Shown piece by piece: positions 12,647 to 31,975 of a DNA stretch of 64,000 nt. Source of the stretch: Yuukianura sp. NJ FZ-2021. Its lineage: Eukaryota. The position numbers and the translations under genes are program-made. Location of the stretch: assembly GCA_046563655.1 (NCBI GenBank), contig CM102284.1, forward strand, positions 8,556,001 to 8,620,000, written 5' to 3'. The stretch's first letter is position 1; each line of letters opens with the position of its first letter. The notes under the pieces were generated by a model. It was given only the letters and a program-made list of their open reading frames with translations. It was not told the origin of the DNA and ran no database searches.

Positions 12647-13931
12647 ACACAAACGCAATTCACTTTGGCAAGCAACCAAAACATCTGTGATGTTACAGGA
12701 TTGATTTTTGTAAACATTTTGAACATTTAGAACATAAGACATTTTACTACTGTATAGCTTTGTTACGAGGTCAAAGGTCAACTCTAAATTTGAGTAAATG
12801 ACATCATCATTTGTTTTGTTTAACTGGAACGTCGTTTAAAAAGATGAAAATGTGTGACTGTGACACTTGAGATGGAAGTGGTTTAAATAACCACTTAACA
12901 CCTCACAAAACCATTTCAATTTTTTTTAATCTCACAAATGCTTGCTGTTTCTGGAGCTGAACCGGTTAACAATTTATCTCAAATTCCTATTTTCTCAACA
13001 CCTTACGAAATTTTCCACTCAAAATGAAATACAGACCTTCATTTCAAAATTGTACAAATTCCCTTTATTCAAATTTGAATTTTCTAATTCTGAAATTTGG
13101 AACTGCAGAAACATACAGCAAATGTTAGGTGGAACAAGAAGCATAATTTTTGTAAATTGTGTTGAAATTTTGTAAAAGCGAGAGTTAATTTTAGATTGAC
13201 AGTTGTTGGAAAGTGGAGAATAAGGTTATGATTGTGAATTAATTGAATACTGAATTGAAATTCAGCATTGGAGAAGCCTTCCAGAAAATAGTTAGAGTGA
13301 CACTGGATCTAAAAATAAGCAGAGGCATCTCTACTTCGTCTATCACCTATTCTCCTGTCACTCTCCAACTGGATCCAACTACTTCCACTTTACTAATTAA
13401 CACTTGAATATTTAAACACCTCAATTAACTAATTAAGTGCCAAAGTACTTTTTAAACACCTCCACGTCCTTCCCCCAAGGAGCAAACCTCTTCCTCCACA
13501 TTTTTCTGGAAGGCATTCTGGACAAACCTTCCGTCACGTCTCTTTTTCCACAAAATCAAAAAGTAGAATAGGAAAAATAAGCGAAAGGTGGTTTCGGTGT
13601 AAATGACTTGTACTAAGAAGTTAGTGTTGTGTGTAGTGAGAGAAGGATTGTTGCGATAGAAGTTAATTGAAATTTAGCGTGACAGAAGTGACGAATTCAA
13701 GAGTGACGCAAGTCCATTCTTCCACAAAATCTCCCCTTCCAGTCTGCATCTCACAACAAAAGCAACTCTGTACTCAGCCAACAATCAAAAGCTGACATGA
13801 AAATGGAAGTTTCCAGCAGTTGACCTTGTAACTTTGTTGGAAACTTTTGGAACTGTTGACCCAGAGGTCAAGTGTAGTTTGAGTGACTAAACTTTGGAGT
13901 GTGATAGTGAAACCAACATTCATTTCCAGTC

Positions 13932-14608
13932 ATGGGTGAAATCCCAATCATTTTCCTAGTCTTCGTTCTCGTCTGGGTGGTAAGAGATTCAACTTTTTAG
14001 TTTCGAGGTCAAAGGTCACTCAAAGGCATTTCTCTGACCAAAGTTTGTTTCTTAGGCGGTGATTGTATGCTGTAGGAGTTTTTCCTCGGAGGATTTGTAC
14101 ATGAGTGAACGAGCGAGGCGAAGAGAAATCATTCTGAGTAGGAGACAAAATTCAGAAAAATACAAATTTTGAAATTTGAAATTGGAAAATTCGGAAATTG
14201 AAATGAGTTAATGTTGTTGTAGGTCAGCAACAAGCTCTGCGTCAATGTCACCTTCCGATTATGCATGGGCGAGGTGCCCGGGAGACGAGGAGTGCCGACT
14301 TCCGAGTGACCCCGATCCGGGTAACGACAATTTCCCGCGGAGGGGGCAGCATCAACATGGACTTTTACGAAATTCAACTGCCACAGAGGACGCACTCTCC
14401 ACTAAGAAGTGGAACTGAGCGATTAAGAGACACTCCAGTCCCACCGCCACCCTTCAACACAGCATATTTAGTGTCTTCTCCGGTGGGCCAACCAGAAGAT
14501 GTCCCACCACCCACATACGAAGAGTCACTCAAAAGTGACACGCCCAAAGGTCAACTCGGGTCAAGCAGGGGTCAAAAACCTCACACAGATACGGAAATCC
14601 ACATTTAA
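13932..14608 (+). CDS. Small single-pass membrane protein with PPxY motif (cluster gene 2)
   Basis: Exon 1 13932-13979 MGEIPIIFLVFVLVWV joins AVIVCC; last exon 14223-14608 with VPPPPF and VPPPTYEE. Exon 2 donor position uncertain. Confidence 0.68.
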
Positions 14609-14654
14609 CAACAATCTTCAATTAGTTTTTAAGTAATTTCTCATACAAAATTAA

Positions 14655-14808
14655 ATTTTCTAGGAGAAATTAACTTTCTAGGAGAAAATTTCCTAGCAGA
14701 AACTAATTTTCTAGAAGAAAAAAAATGTCTAGGAGAAATTACTTTTCTAGGAGAAAGTTTTCTACGAGAAATTACTTTTCTAGGAGAAAGTTTTCTAGGA
14801 GAAATTTT
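14655..14808. repeat. Minisatellite of near-palindromic TTTTCTAGGAGAAA units
   Basis: About 8-9 degenerate copies in tandem. Confidence 0.8.
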
Positions 14809-15306
14809 CAAAATTTCAAAAGTATTTGACTTGAAGAACTTTTTAAATATTTTAAATGTCGTTCATCTGATGCGAAATCAAACTTTTTTTTTCATAAAAT
14901 ACCATGTTCAAACTAGAAATATTTTTAAATGGAGCTGAAGCGAATTCAAATATTTCCGAAATTCCGAAACGAATTTTAAATACTAACTGTGTAAAATTGA
15001 AGTTTTACGAAAACAGTAAAAGCAATTGCTCATTTTATGTTTTTTAAGTGTGCAATTTGGAGGAAGACAATTTGCAAAAATTATTGCCAAAATCCCAACG
15101 TCACAAATATGATCCTTATCTGTCAAACGACTACGGTGACCCCGCGGCGCAAAATATTTGCACAAAATCCCATGCTAATTTTAAACTTTAACGCTTCCTC
15201 CTACCAATTCAACCAAGATTCACTTGAACAAGTGACTTAATTGCAAAATCAATTAACAAAATTAACTAATTTTTGAAGACAAGTGTTAGTTTTGAAGTAG
15301 TTAGGA

Positions 15307-15787
15307 ATGGACCAACTGTCTCTCGCTGGATTTATACTCGTCGTCAGTGTCCTCTCTGTCTTTTTCATCTTGCTTGTAAGAATACGTTTTCAGAAAAACG
15401 GAAATTTTTCACAGAAAACAGGAAATTAAAAATTTTGAATTTTCTCTTTTTTAAATTTTCCAGTCAATTTTTGCCGGGTACAAACTGTGGAAGAGTACTT
15501 GGGTTGATGCGAGAGAGCTTGACCTTGACATTAGTCAGTCCCTCTACTACATTCCGCGACTTCAAAGTACTCCAGACGGGATTCGATCACTGTCCACCCA
15601 TGTGCACCACCATGTCCATGTCCACGAGACCATGGCCATGTCACTCCCCACTTACGCCCATGTCACAGCACACAGTGACGACTACCCAACTCCACTTGAG
15701 GTCATGGAGGTCATCACCCTCGAAACACCGCCGCCACACTACGAAGACGTCGATCTCAGAATCCAACACCACTTGAACTACATTTAA
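15307..15787 (+). CDS. Small single-pass membrane protein with LPxY/PPxY motifs (cluster gene 3)
   Basis: Exons 15307-15375 and 15464-15787; TM LAGFILVVSVLSVFFILLSIFAGY; tail LPTY and TPPPHYEDV. Confidence 0.72.
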
Positions 15788-15851
15788 ACTCAAATTCCAA
15801 CAATTAAAAAGCTAAAAGTAAAAAGTTAAAAAGTTAAAAGTTAAAAGTTAA

Positions 15852-15923
15852 AGTTTATTCAGTGCATCAGCCAATCAATGTTAAGCAAAGCCCAGTGACA
15901 TTGACGGCATCATGGAATAAACT
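15852..15923 (-). promoter_or_regulatory. SECIS element (type II, atypical CAC apical bulge)
   Basis: Minus strand: GTTTATTC C ATGA T GCCGTCAATGT CAC TGGGC TTT GCTTA ACATTGATTGGC TGAT GCACT GAATAAAC. This gives helix I, the AUGA/GA core, an 11-bp helix II and a ministem. Confidence 0.85.
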
Positions 15924-15929
15924 CAAAGG

Positions 15930-16477
15930 TCAGTGACCTTTGGATGACCCTGGCGACGGGTCACCAGCCTTGGCAACCGCAACTGCAGCCACTTCAGCAA
16001 CTTCTTCGTTTTCTGTTGCCACTCTCTGGAATCCGTGACTCGTCATGATTTGGCGACATTCACGACGGTTTTTGCCCTGCAGATTAACAGTTTCCACAGT
16101 AACGCCAGCCTCGTTTTGGAAATTTAAAACTGGACCACCCGCTTCCATCAGAACCACGTCCACGTTCTCACTTAAAACATAGAAGGTCAAAGGTCAACGT
16201 TTGACATTTAGTTTTTAGACTTACAAGAAAGCAAAGTCGAGGGCAATGAACTCCATGACTGTCGGATGGTCCATCAAACTTCACAAGCAAAACTAAAAAA
16301 CACTTTGCATTACAAATTGTAGTTTAAAATCGCCCAATTTTCACACTTTTAAATTTTAATTGCGAATTTGCGATTTACCTGCAGAACGGCTTTGACTATT
16401 CCGCTGTCTTTGACTTTCGTTACATTAGGTTTTGCATTCCCACTGGAGTTCCCGCTGCTCTTGTTACGGGAAGCCAT
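15930..16477 (-). CDS. Selenoprotein of the Sep15/SelM thioredoxin-like family (CxU; Sec TGA at 16281-16283), 135 aa
   Basis: Exons 16379-16477, 16225-16292 and 15930-16170 (GT-AG, phases 0 and 2) give ...KAVLQFCL-U-SLMDHPTVMEFIALDFAFFENVDVVLMEAGGPVLNFQNEAGVTVETVNLQGKNRRECRQIMTSHGFQR, colinear with the Sep15/SelM redox domain; SECIS in the 3' UTR. Confidence 0.85.
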
Positions 16478-19091
16478 TTGACCTTTGACCTTTCACAAAT
16501 TTTGACCTCGCATCAAGGAAACATGATTTGCGTGTGGCACAATCCGTTGTGTTGGGCGATAAAATTATTGATAACTTGTTTATTTTTGGTTCACTTGGAC
16601 GCCACTCTTACGGAAAAAATGACAAAAACTGCAAAAATCACCGTTTTGCGAAATTCTTATCTTGTCATTTCAGTATTCTCCGAACTGTGATGCATTTTTG
16701 CAAAAATTTATTCGCATATCGCTAGATAAATGTGATTGTAATTTTTTTTTGCAATCAATACAAACTAAAAGTCCAAAGTTGAATAATTTGATTTCGACAT
16801 AATGGAGCAATAAGTACTTTTTAAAAAACAGGAACACGTCACATTGTTGTGCGTACTTTGTTCATGGCCATTACATCACACCACCTCCGTTTGCCCTTTT
16901 TTTTCGGAGATCCTTTGCAGAAGATAGACTTCAACATTTGCAAAAAATTGCAAAGAACAAAGATCGTCATTGTCCACTGCCCAGCATAACAACAAACAAC
17001 AAGGTCGGCATCCATTGAGCAGCCGACGGGAGTCTACACTTTTTTGTAAATATTTTGCACAGTATGCGTCATCTCTCTTCTGATATTTCGCAAATCATCA
17101 CCCTCCACAGTTTCTTCTACTTCACATTCACAGTCATTCCCAAATCATAAACACAACGTTACAGTCATCCCAAAAATTACAACGATTGTTATTGAATTTG
17201 CGAATTCTCACTTTCCCCGAATTACAAAATATTCTGAAATAACTGAAAAGAGCGGGAGCGGACTGTTGAATTTTCAAATTTTACGTACATGGTTGAACTG
17301 GCCAATCAGAAATTAGGCACTTTTATTTTTCGTACGAGACAAAAAGGTTCGCTTCCTCCCATACGATTTACTAAGGTATGCAGTGTCTACGTGCCTTCGT
17401 CCAACTAAAGTCGTTAGTTAATCAGGGTTAATCAATTAATTAACTGAAGATCTCGTTACGAAATCATCGTCAATCGTTGTTTGGGATTGGTTCATAGATA
17501 CACCTAACGGTAAGTACGACGAAATCGAAGTTTGATACAGTTAAAAAGGGATGTTTTTTGGTTTAGCCGGGATGACATTGTCGTTGTGGTTGGAGGGTAA
17601 GATTCATATCGTGAGTGAAAGCGGAAGTGCCTGGCGCAGTGGAGTGTCCGAATTCCTTCGTTTGTCGGAGGAAGTGTGGGGTGATGTGTGGGGTGACCAA
17701 TGGGAATGTGCAAAGTGGTGAATGAACTGAAACGCAGCTAAACAGGAATTTGGCCAAATAGTCTCACGCTCATCTTCACCACATTCACATTCTTACTTTC
17801 GTTGAGCCAGTTGTTTATTCGCAAGTGGCAGTGGACATACACTTTATTTCACTCTCTCATTCATACTTCTGTTATTTTTCAGTGACAAGCGGAGTGGAGT
17901 AGTTTTACAAGTCGGAGAGTTATCTTGTTGCGGAAAACCGAGAAAGGAGTCGGAAGACCTTGGCCCAGTGCCCTTCTCTCCTGGTGCAAAAGCAGGTTTT
18001 CCAACAGACCACTTCCACAACAGACTCTTTGACATTGGCAGATCGTGCCCAATTGAACACAACTAAGGTAAACAACTTTGTTCCACTCTTCGTCCTTTTA
18101 CTTTTAACAAACAATTGTGCACAATTATATCATTTACAAGTTCATATTCACTTTGTGGATGCTATCACTGGTTAGTCTTAGTTTGTAGGTCAGGAGTCAG
18201 AGGTCATCAGTCTTATTCCAACCATGCCCAGTATCGGAGTTCACAAGAGGTTACCAGATTAGGAAATCAACGATTCATGGAAGTTCTTTAGGGAATTACG
18301 CAATTCACAAGTCCAGACATTTCCCATCAACTTCGTTCTCTCGGAGTCCGATTCTTCGATTTCCAATAATCCCAACTTCAGTATGACGCCGCTCGATAAC
18401 CATTTTCCGTATCACCCTTCGAGGTCAACGTTTTAATCAGATCTCGGATGCAATGTCGCAAAATACAAGTTACACTAGCATTATTTTGGCATTCTCATTT
18501 TAACAACTAGGAAGCGTGAAAATGAGCGTAAACTGCTTACTTATCATTTGGAGTGATCCAGACGAGGACGAAGGTGATGAAAGTGGTGGGATTAAGTATC
18601 GATAGTGTCAAGTATTTATTAATTTAAATCCTACTTTTAGATGTTGAGATAGCGGGTCAGTGGGGCGATGGATGTGTGAGTTAGTGGAGTTTGATGTCCA
18701 AGGTCGGAAGGTGGGCAGATATGGTGTGGACAATGGCCTCTGTCCACCTTCTGCCTAAATGGACAACTCAACTAGTTAACTAGTGAGGATTTTAAGCAGA
18801 GGAGGATGTAGTGAGTAGATTAGTGGAAGTGTTTAGATAAAGTGCCGCATGGCCATGGATGTCAATGTGTCTATGTGAGTCCAATGTATGCCATAACCAT
18901 GCCACTTTTTGAAACGGGTGGAGAGGGGAAGTGTTTTTTAAGTAGCTCACTTTAGTCTCAACACTCTCCGAATCAAGTCTAATTCTCTTCATTTCCTTTC
19001 AGACTCAGTTGCCGGTCAGGCTTGTCAACTCTCCGAGGAGCCCTTAAGGACAACCCAAGTACCCTTGGCATTTCCTGGACAAGAGGAAGAG

Positions 19092-22481
<3,390 letters not shown>

Positions 22482-22682
22482 GACAACTTTAGATGAATTC
22501 ATATTTAATATTAGACAAAGATTCTATAAAATATTCAAATACATCCACAACTTATGCTAACAGGAGGTTAAAAGGTCAGCTTCCTAAAACTACTTTTTCA
22601 ATTAATGTCAAATACGTCTAGTTCTTTTCTGAGTTTTCAAAGTCAGCTCATCTTCGCAATCGCTTTCAGCGTTTCCGTTGAC

Positions 22683-23577
22683 CTATTCCTCTTCGGAGTC
22701 ACCGAGTCCCAATTCCTCCATGTTTTCAAGATTGAATGCCATTTTGTATGCGGCAATCTGCGACTCCAGCAGTTCAACTTCCTTTTCCAATTCTTCTGAA
22801 CGGAGAAGGAGCGTAGCAGTGCCAGTGGAGTTGGGTACACAGCATTCGTTCTAAACGCAAATGTTAAATGTCACGATTCAGTGATAGAATATCCAACTAA
22901 TTAGTAAAGTAACTAATTGTTTGTCTACCTTAAGCTCCAAGTGCGTTTGGGCCAAATCGGAACTCTTGTTGGCCAAGCCTTGAGCCAAGTCCACTCTATT
23001 TAAAAAACAGAAACGTTTTCCAGTATTACAATTGCAGTTGCTTTCTTTAGTAGTTAAAAGTTCTTACCGTAAGGTCAAGTTGGCCAACTCGAGGCTTTCC
23101 AACTGGGTCTTTTTAGTTTCCAGCAATTTTTCGCTACGGGACAATTCGTCGACCAGTTCAGCCGAAGCAGATTCGTCCATGAGTCGTTTCTTGTTTGCAA
23201 GCTGAATGCGGGCTAAAATAAGGAGATGAGCATTGGTTTAGGCAAGGAGGCTGGAATAAGTTGAGTGTGTTACCTTCCAAGTCTTTGCAGCGATTCAGCA
23301 TTTCATTGTTCTCAGCCACCAAGGTGTCCAGCACTTGGGAAGCCTCAGCTTCCATACTGAGCAGTCGTTGTAACTTGTCAGCGTAAACTTTGGGCAACTG
23401 ATGGATGTCAGTGTTGAGAGAGGCAAGGATTTCCTTTTTGTCAGTCCCGTCTTCGCAGCGTTTTTCAGGTCCGGATGCACCACTCTGCGCTGAAGCGACG
23501 ATGGAGTCGGAGTTAGTGTTCATGAATTGAGGCACTCCAGTCTCCTTTCCTTCCTTTTTTTCAGTGACAGCGTCCAT
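22683..23577 (-). CDS. Coiled-coil protein of unknown function
   Basis: Four exons splice in frame (23274-23577, ~23068-23213, ~22929-22995, 22683-22850); heptad-rich E/K/L sequence; TAG at 22683. Confidence 0.7.
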
Positions 23578-24293
23578 GTCTCAAGGTCTAATTCCAAAAG
23601 AATTGGCTATAAGTCTTTTCTTGCAAATTAATGAGCCTTAATCAGTTTCACTTTCGTTTTCTCACCTTCTTGTCGGATGAAGATTTATGTGGACCGATTA
23701 AAGATGGAGGTAACACGAACAATACAAGAGACAATTGACTATAGAATCGAATTAAAATCGTTTCAAAACTATCAGCAAACGACAAAAGAATACGAAAACG
23801 AAGATGAATGGCGGCGGCGGCCATACGCAGACGCAACACTGTGGGAGAACCACAAATATTCAAAAAAGGTACGGCAGCGCGGGTTTCAAAAAATTCAAAA
23901 AACGGTTTCGCGCTGCTTCACCGCGCTGCATGCACAGCCGTTCAAAAAATCAAATGTCAACTTCTTAAAAGTGTTAATTAATTAAATATGGATTTAAGTT
24001 TAAGGGATTGAGTTAATTAATTGTTAATTTCGTTAATTGATTGTACGAGTGAGCGTCCTCTCGTGTGTGGGTGTGGTACGAGTAGGTGAATTGTATAGTA
24101 GTTGTGTGTATAGCCCCCTTTGCATAGCTGTGGTGCGGTGGATGAGGTGGTATCTGGTGGAGACAAGCCTCAATTACGCTCTTTCATTGCACAACGAACA
24201 GCCACGCTGGTCGGTCTTTTCAATTCCAACCTCCCACCAACACACAACTCTACAACAACCGATCTTCAATTACTAATCAGCAGTACACACATC

Positions 24294-28400
<4,107 letters not shown>

Positions 28401-29724
28401 GAACCAAGCACCAACCACCCAGGATTCCTTAAGGAACCTCTCTACGTACACTCAGCCCAATATTAAGCGAGTATCAGGAAATTCACATTGGGAAAATTCT
28501 AAATTAATCCACTAATTAGTTACACACCCCTCTTGAGCCTCTTCGGACTAATGTTGAGAATAATTATTTTGATTTCATTGTCTCTGTCAAACCACTTCAC
28601 TCCTTTTGTTCAAACAAATCATTTCTGTTCTAAAGTGTCACTTTATTTGTCAGAGACCAGGTCAAAGGTTGCGTTAAGTTGTGACCGCCGTGTGCTTACT
28701 GCTGCTCCTGCGCCGTATCTCCCTGTCATTCATTTATAATTTCTTCTGTTCCTCTAGTGTAGGATTGTTTAGACTTATTGCTAATTAATTATTATGGGAA
28801 ACTGAAGTAAAGTTTATAAATAGTTATTAATTGTAGTTTTAAATACTAGTTTATAAATACTTGACTTTGTGATTGGTTGTGTGTTGGCTCCTTTTTTGGC
28901 TAGACAGAGTCACCCTCTTCCGTCCTCCGACCAAGGACCCAACCAACCCTCGCACCATTTCACTCGTGTAAAGACATGGGGAGGCAACCACACCGACGTA
29001 AAACCAGCTCGGCAGTACGAAAAACCGAGCTCAAAACTTTTTAGTGCACAACTTAAAAGTTGTGCATAAAAAGAAGTTTATAAAAAAGTGAAAGTAAGTA
29101 CTTGAAATGCTTGCAAATTGTCTGGTTGGAATCTGGTTTGAGATTATTCTATTTACGTTGGGTTTGAATAGGGTTTTGAGGTCCGTTTATTTATTTGTTG
29201 ACTATCATATCAATGTCTGGATTGCTCCTAAGGTCAGCTTTATGTCGGCGTTTAATCAGGAAAATACATAAGCGGAATGTGAGATAAAGGGGAATTGGGT
29301 TAGGCAGACATTTTGCAGAACTCGTTCTACTGCAAAGTTCCTTAATCCAATTCCTGATAAATTATATTTGTGTGTGATTAATTTTATTATTATTTTATTA
29401 TTTTGTTGAGGGTGCGGCTGCCTGTAGTAGTGTTAGACATGAGTGGTTGTTGGGCGGAGGAGTACGGCGAGGGTGGACTGGGGATGGGAGTCTGTGGGGT
29501 GTGTTGTGTCACTGTTCTGGGTATCACAGTAATCATATCAATTGGATCCTTATAACTTCTTGTGCTGCTCCTCCTGCCATAGTCACTCTCTTTCCTCCGG
29601 TAGTGGTCTTCCGGTCCTCCAACTACTCGGTGACTAATACTTGTCTCTCCAACAACGATACTCCACTCATCATCCACCCTCTCTCCAGTGACCACCGATT
29701 CAATTTCTATTGTCAACGGACACA

Positions 29725-30506
29725 ATGAGCTCAAGTTGGAACGACTACGTTGAGAAGCAACTCCTCGCTTCCAAGTGTGTCACCAAGGCTTGCATCGCTG
29801 GACACGATGGAAACGTTTGGGCCACATCAGAGGGATTCAACGTAAGTTACAGTTTACAAAGAGAAACGATTGGCCCAAGTAAAGCAGGGAGTCACTTGAC
29901 CTTGGTCAAGTTCATGGGCGTTTTCTTTAGCTCCTATCTGGAGTGGCTTGCGTTGATAGGCATTGACATAAAGTTAATCTTTAGTAGTGCAGGAGACTGT
30001 CATTTGGTTTTACATGCGGCTTTTCCTTGACTTTTCTGCCTGCCTGTCATGCTCCTGTAACATGACGAGGATAAAAAGAGTCCAGCTAGCATGTGATAAG
30101 GGAGAGTTGTGGCTGGAGAATAAGGAAAATTGAAAGTAACAAATTTCCGGTTTCCTTTGTTTTTTTCCAGCCAAGTGTCAAGGAAGTGAGCACCATCCTC
30201 ACTGGATTCGACAACAATGAAGTCTTCACTACCAACGGTGTCCACATCGCAGGTCATCGCTACGTTTATCTTTCAGGAGGAGACAATGTCGTCCGGGCAA
30301 AGTCTGGCAAAGTCGGTGTTCACTGCAGGAAGACTAAACAAGGTTAGATTGTCATAAAAGTACATTGACAGTTGAAATGTGTTTGTAAGTTGTTTGTTTT
30401 GGTTTCAGCGATCGTGATTGCACTATATGAGGATCCTATTCAACCGCAACAGGCGGCCTCCGTAGTTGAGAAACTAGGGGATTACTTGGAGCAGTGCGGA
30501 TATTAA
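29725..30506 (+). CDS. chic: Profilin (chickadee)
   Basis: [35 protein letters not shown]...YLSG...[12 protein letters not shown]...[15 protein letters not shown]; 3 coding exons. Confidence 0.95.
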
Positions 30507-30838
30507 CAACGCCAAAAGTCAAGACTTGAATGGTTGGTTCCGTGGGACCTTTGACCCGCCGGTGAGGATTTGATTATGCCAAGGAAAGGAATTGAATTTA
30601 GCCCTTCTTCTATAAAAATTAATTACAATACAACTAATTAACACTCTTCTCATTTCTAATGTCACTTTCCACTAAAATACTTTCCACAGGCAGTTAGGAA
30701 GTAATTGGCTCACAGACTACACTTACTCAAATATACAGAGAATTTGAAGAATAAAATTCAAACATTATATAAAGCTCCTGTCTAACTGCAAACCAATTCT
30801 TAATCTCAATCTACTTTTTAGTTGAACTGGATCCTAAT

Positions 30839-31308
30839 TCAGTAGTAGAATTCTGAAATGTGGTAGTGACACTCGGGACAGAGTCGGACGAGAGTCCTCA
30901 AGGGGTCAGGGCCCTTCGGTTTCGTTTTCTGGACTTCATCCAATCCCATCATAGAAACGGCATGGAGGTCATCGTCATCTTTAGTGTCCTCCATCAAGGT
31001 CAACCTCTGTTCTGCTTCTGGACGGTTTTGAGTGACCTTTGACCTCTTCCAGCACAGTTTGCGTAACCAAGCACAACAACCCGTGTCTTGGGTTTTGACT
31101 GGTGTCAATATGCCGCTGGGTCCGCCGATGTGACTGTCTCGGTAGCCAGTGATGACTTCAGGAATGATCATCTCACCACAGTTGGGGCATTGCATCTTCA
31201 CTGCATTCAAACAGAGATGAGTCAAACTTTTAAGTTTGGAAAGGGCAAAGGTCATGCATTACGTGGAGCCAAGACTGCGTCCAATCCCTCTTCATCGTTC
31301 GTGTCCAT
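30839..31308 (-). CDS. Small protein with two CxxC knuckles (LITAF-like zinc-binding arrangement)
   Basis: Exon 1 MDTNDEEGLDAVLAP joins LKMQCPNCGE...RLCPECHYHISEFYY; central CCAWLRKLCW. Confidence 0.6.
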
Positions 31309-31806
31309 TTCACCGTGGAAACAAACGTTTTCTCTTCGTCACGGTCACGCTGAATTCGTCATCCAAAACTTTGTTGGCTTTCACTTGAGCAAATGAAGAA
31401 GTGTTTTGAGGTCAAGTGGAAGGAGGGCACATGAAGTTTGTGTGGGTGAGTCAAGAAATATCCCAAAGCACGAAGCGATTTCCACAAAAACGCGCTGACA
31501 AAGACGCTGCTCCTCACTTCCGCAAAATACCATCATTCGCAAATCGCAAAACCGCCAAGTTTTTGCAAGGTTGAGAAAAGTTGCAAAAGCGTTTTGTGGA
31601 AGGGGATTGTTTTAGAGTGATTGGTTTCGTATCCATGTCAACGGTTGCTTTCTATTTGAACTTTCTATTGAACCCTGCCAAGTCGTTGGGGCATGAGAAA
31701 TGGTTGTGCAGATTCCAATTCCAAATTAAGAAAATTGCACAGATTTGCAAACTGATTTCGCGAAAAGAGAGAAGGCGGTGGTTTGGTGTGTTTCGGTGGA
31801 CACCAT

Positions 31807-31820
31807 GCGCCACCTAGCAG
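31807..31820. promoter_or_regulatory. CTCF-like motif between divergent genes
   Basis: GCGCCACCTAGCAG, close to the CTCF consensus GCGCCMYCTRSTGG. Confidence 0.4.
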
Positions 31821-31975
31821 AAAGGGACTCAACTACTGTTACAAAGGAAACTAAATTTCAAATGAATGAGAGCGTGCAAAATAAAAGTTCATCTGTCTCT
31901 TCGTCGCATCACACAGAGTTACCGGATAATCGGTTTTCTTCACGTCATCAATTAATTAATTAGTACACATCCACA

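Noticed and set aside
14655-14808. Palindromic spaced repeats resembling CRISPR
   Set aside because: Eukaryotic context, spacers only a few bases long and non-unique; it is a minisatellite.
15930-15932. Terminal TGA of the selenoprotein as a second Sec
   Set aside because: Only ~16 nt from the SECIS core, below the spacing normally needed, and in a non-conserved tail.
16840-17015. Short minus-strand ORFs as a signal-peptide exon for the selenoprotein
   Set aside because: No convincing donor/acceptor pair joining them in frame to exon 16379-16477.
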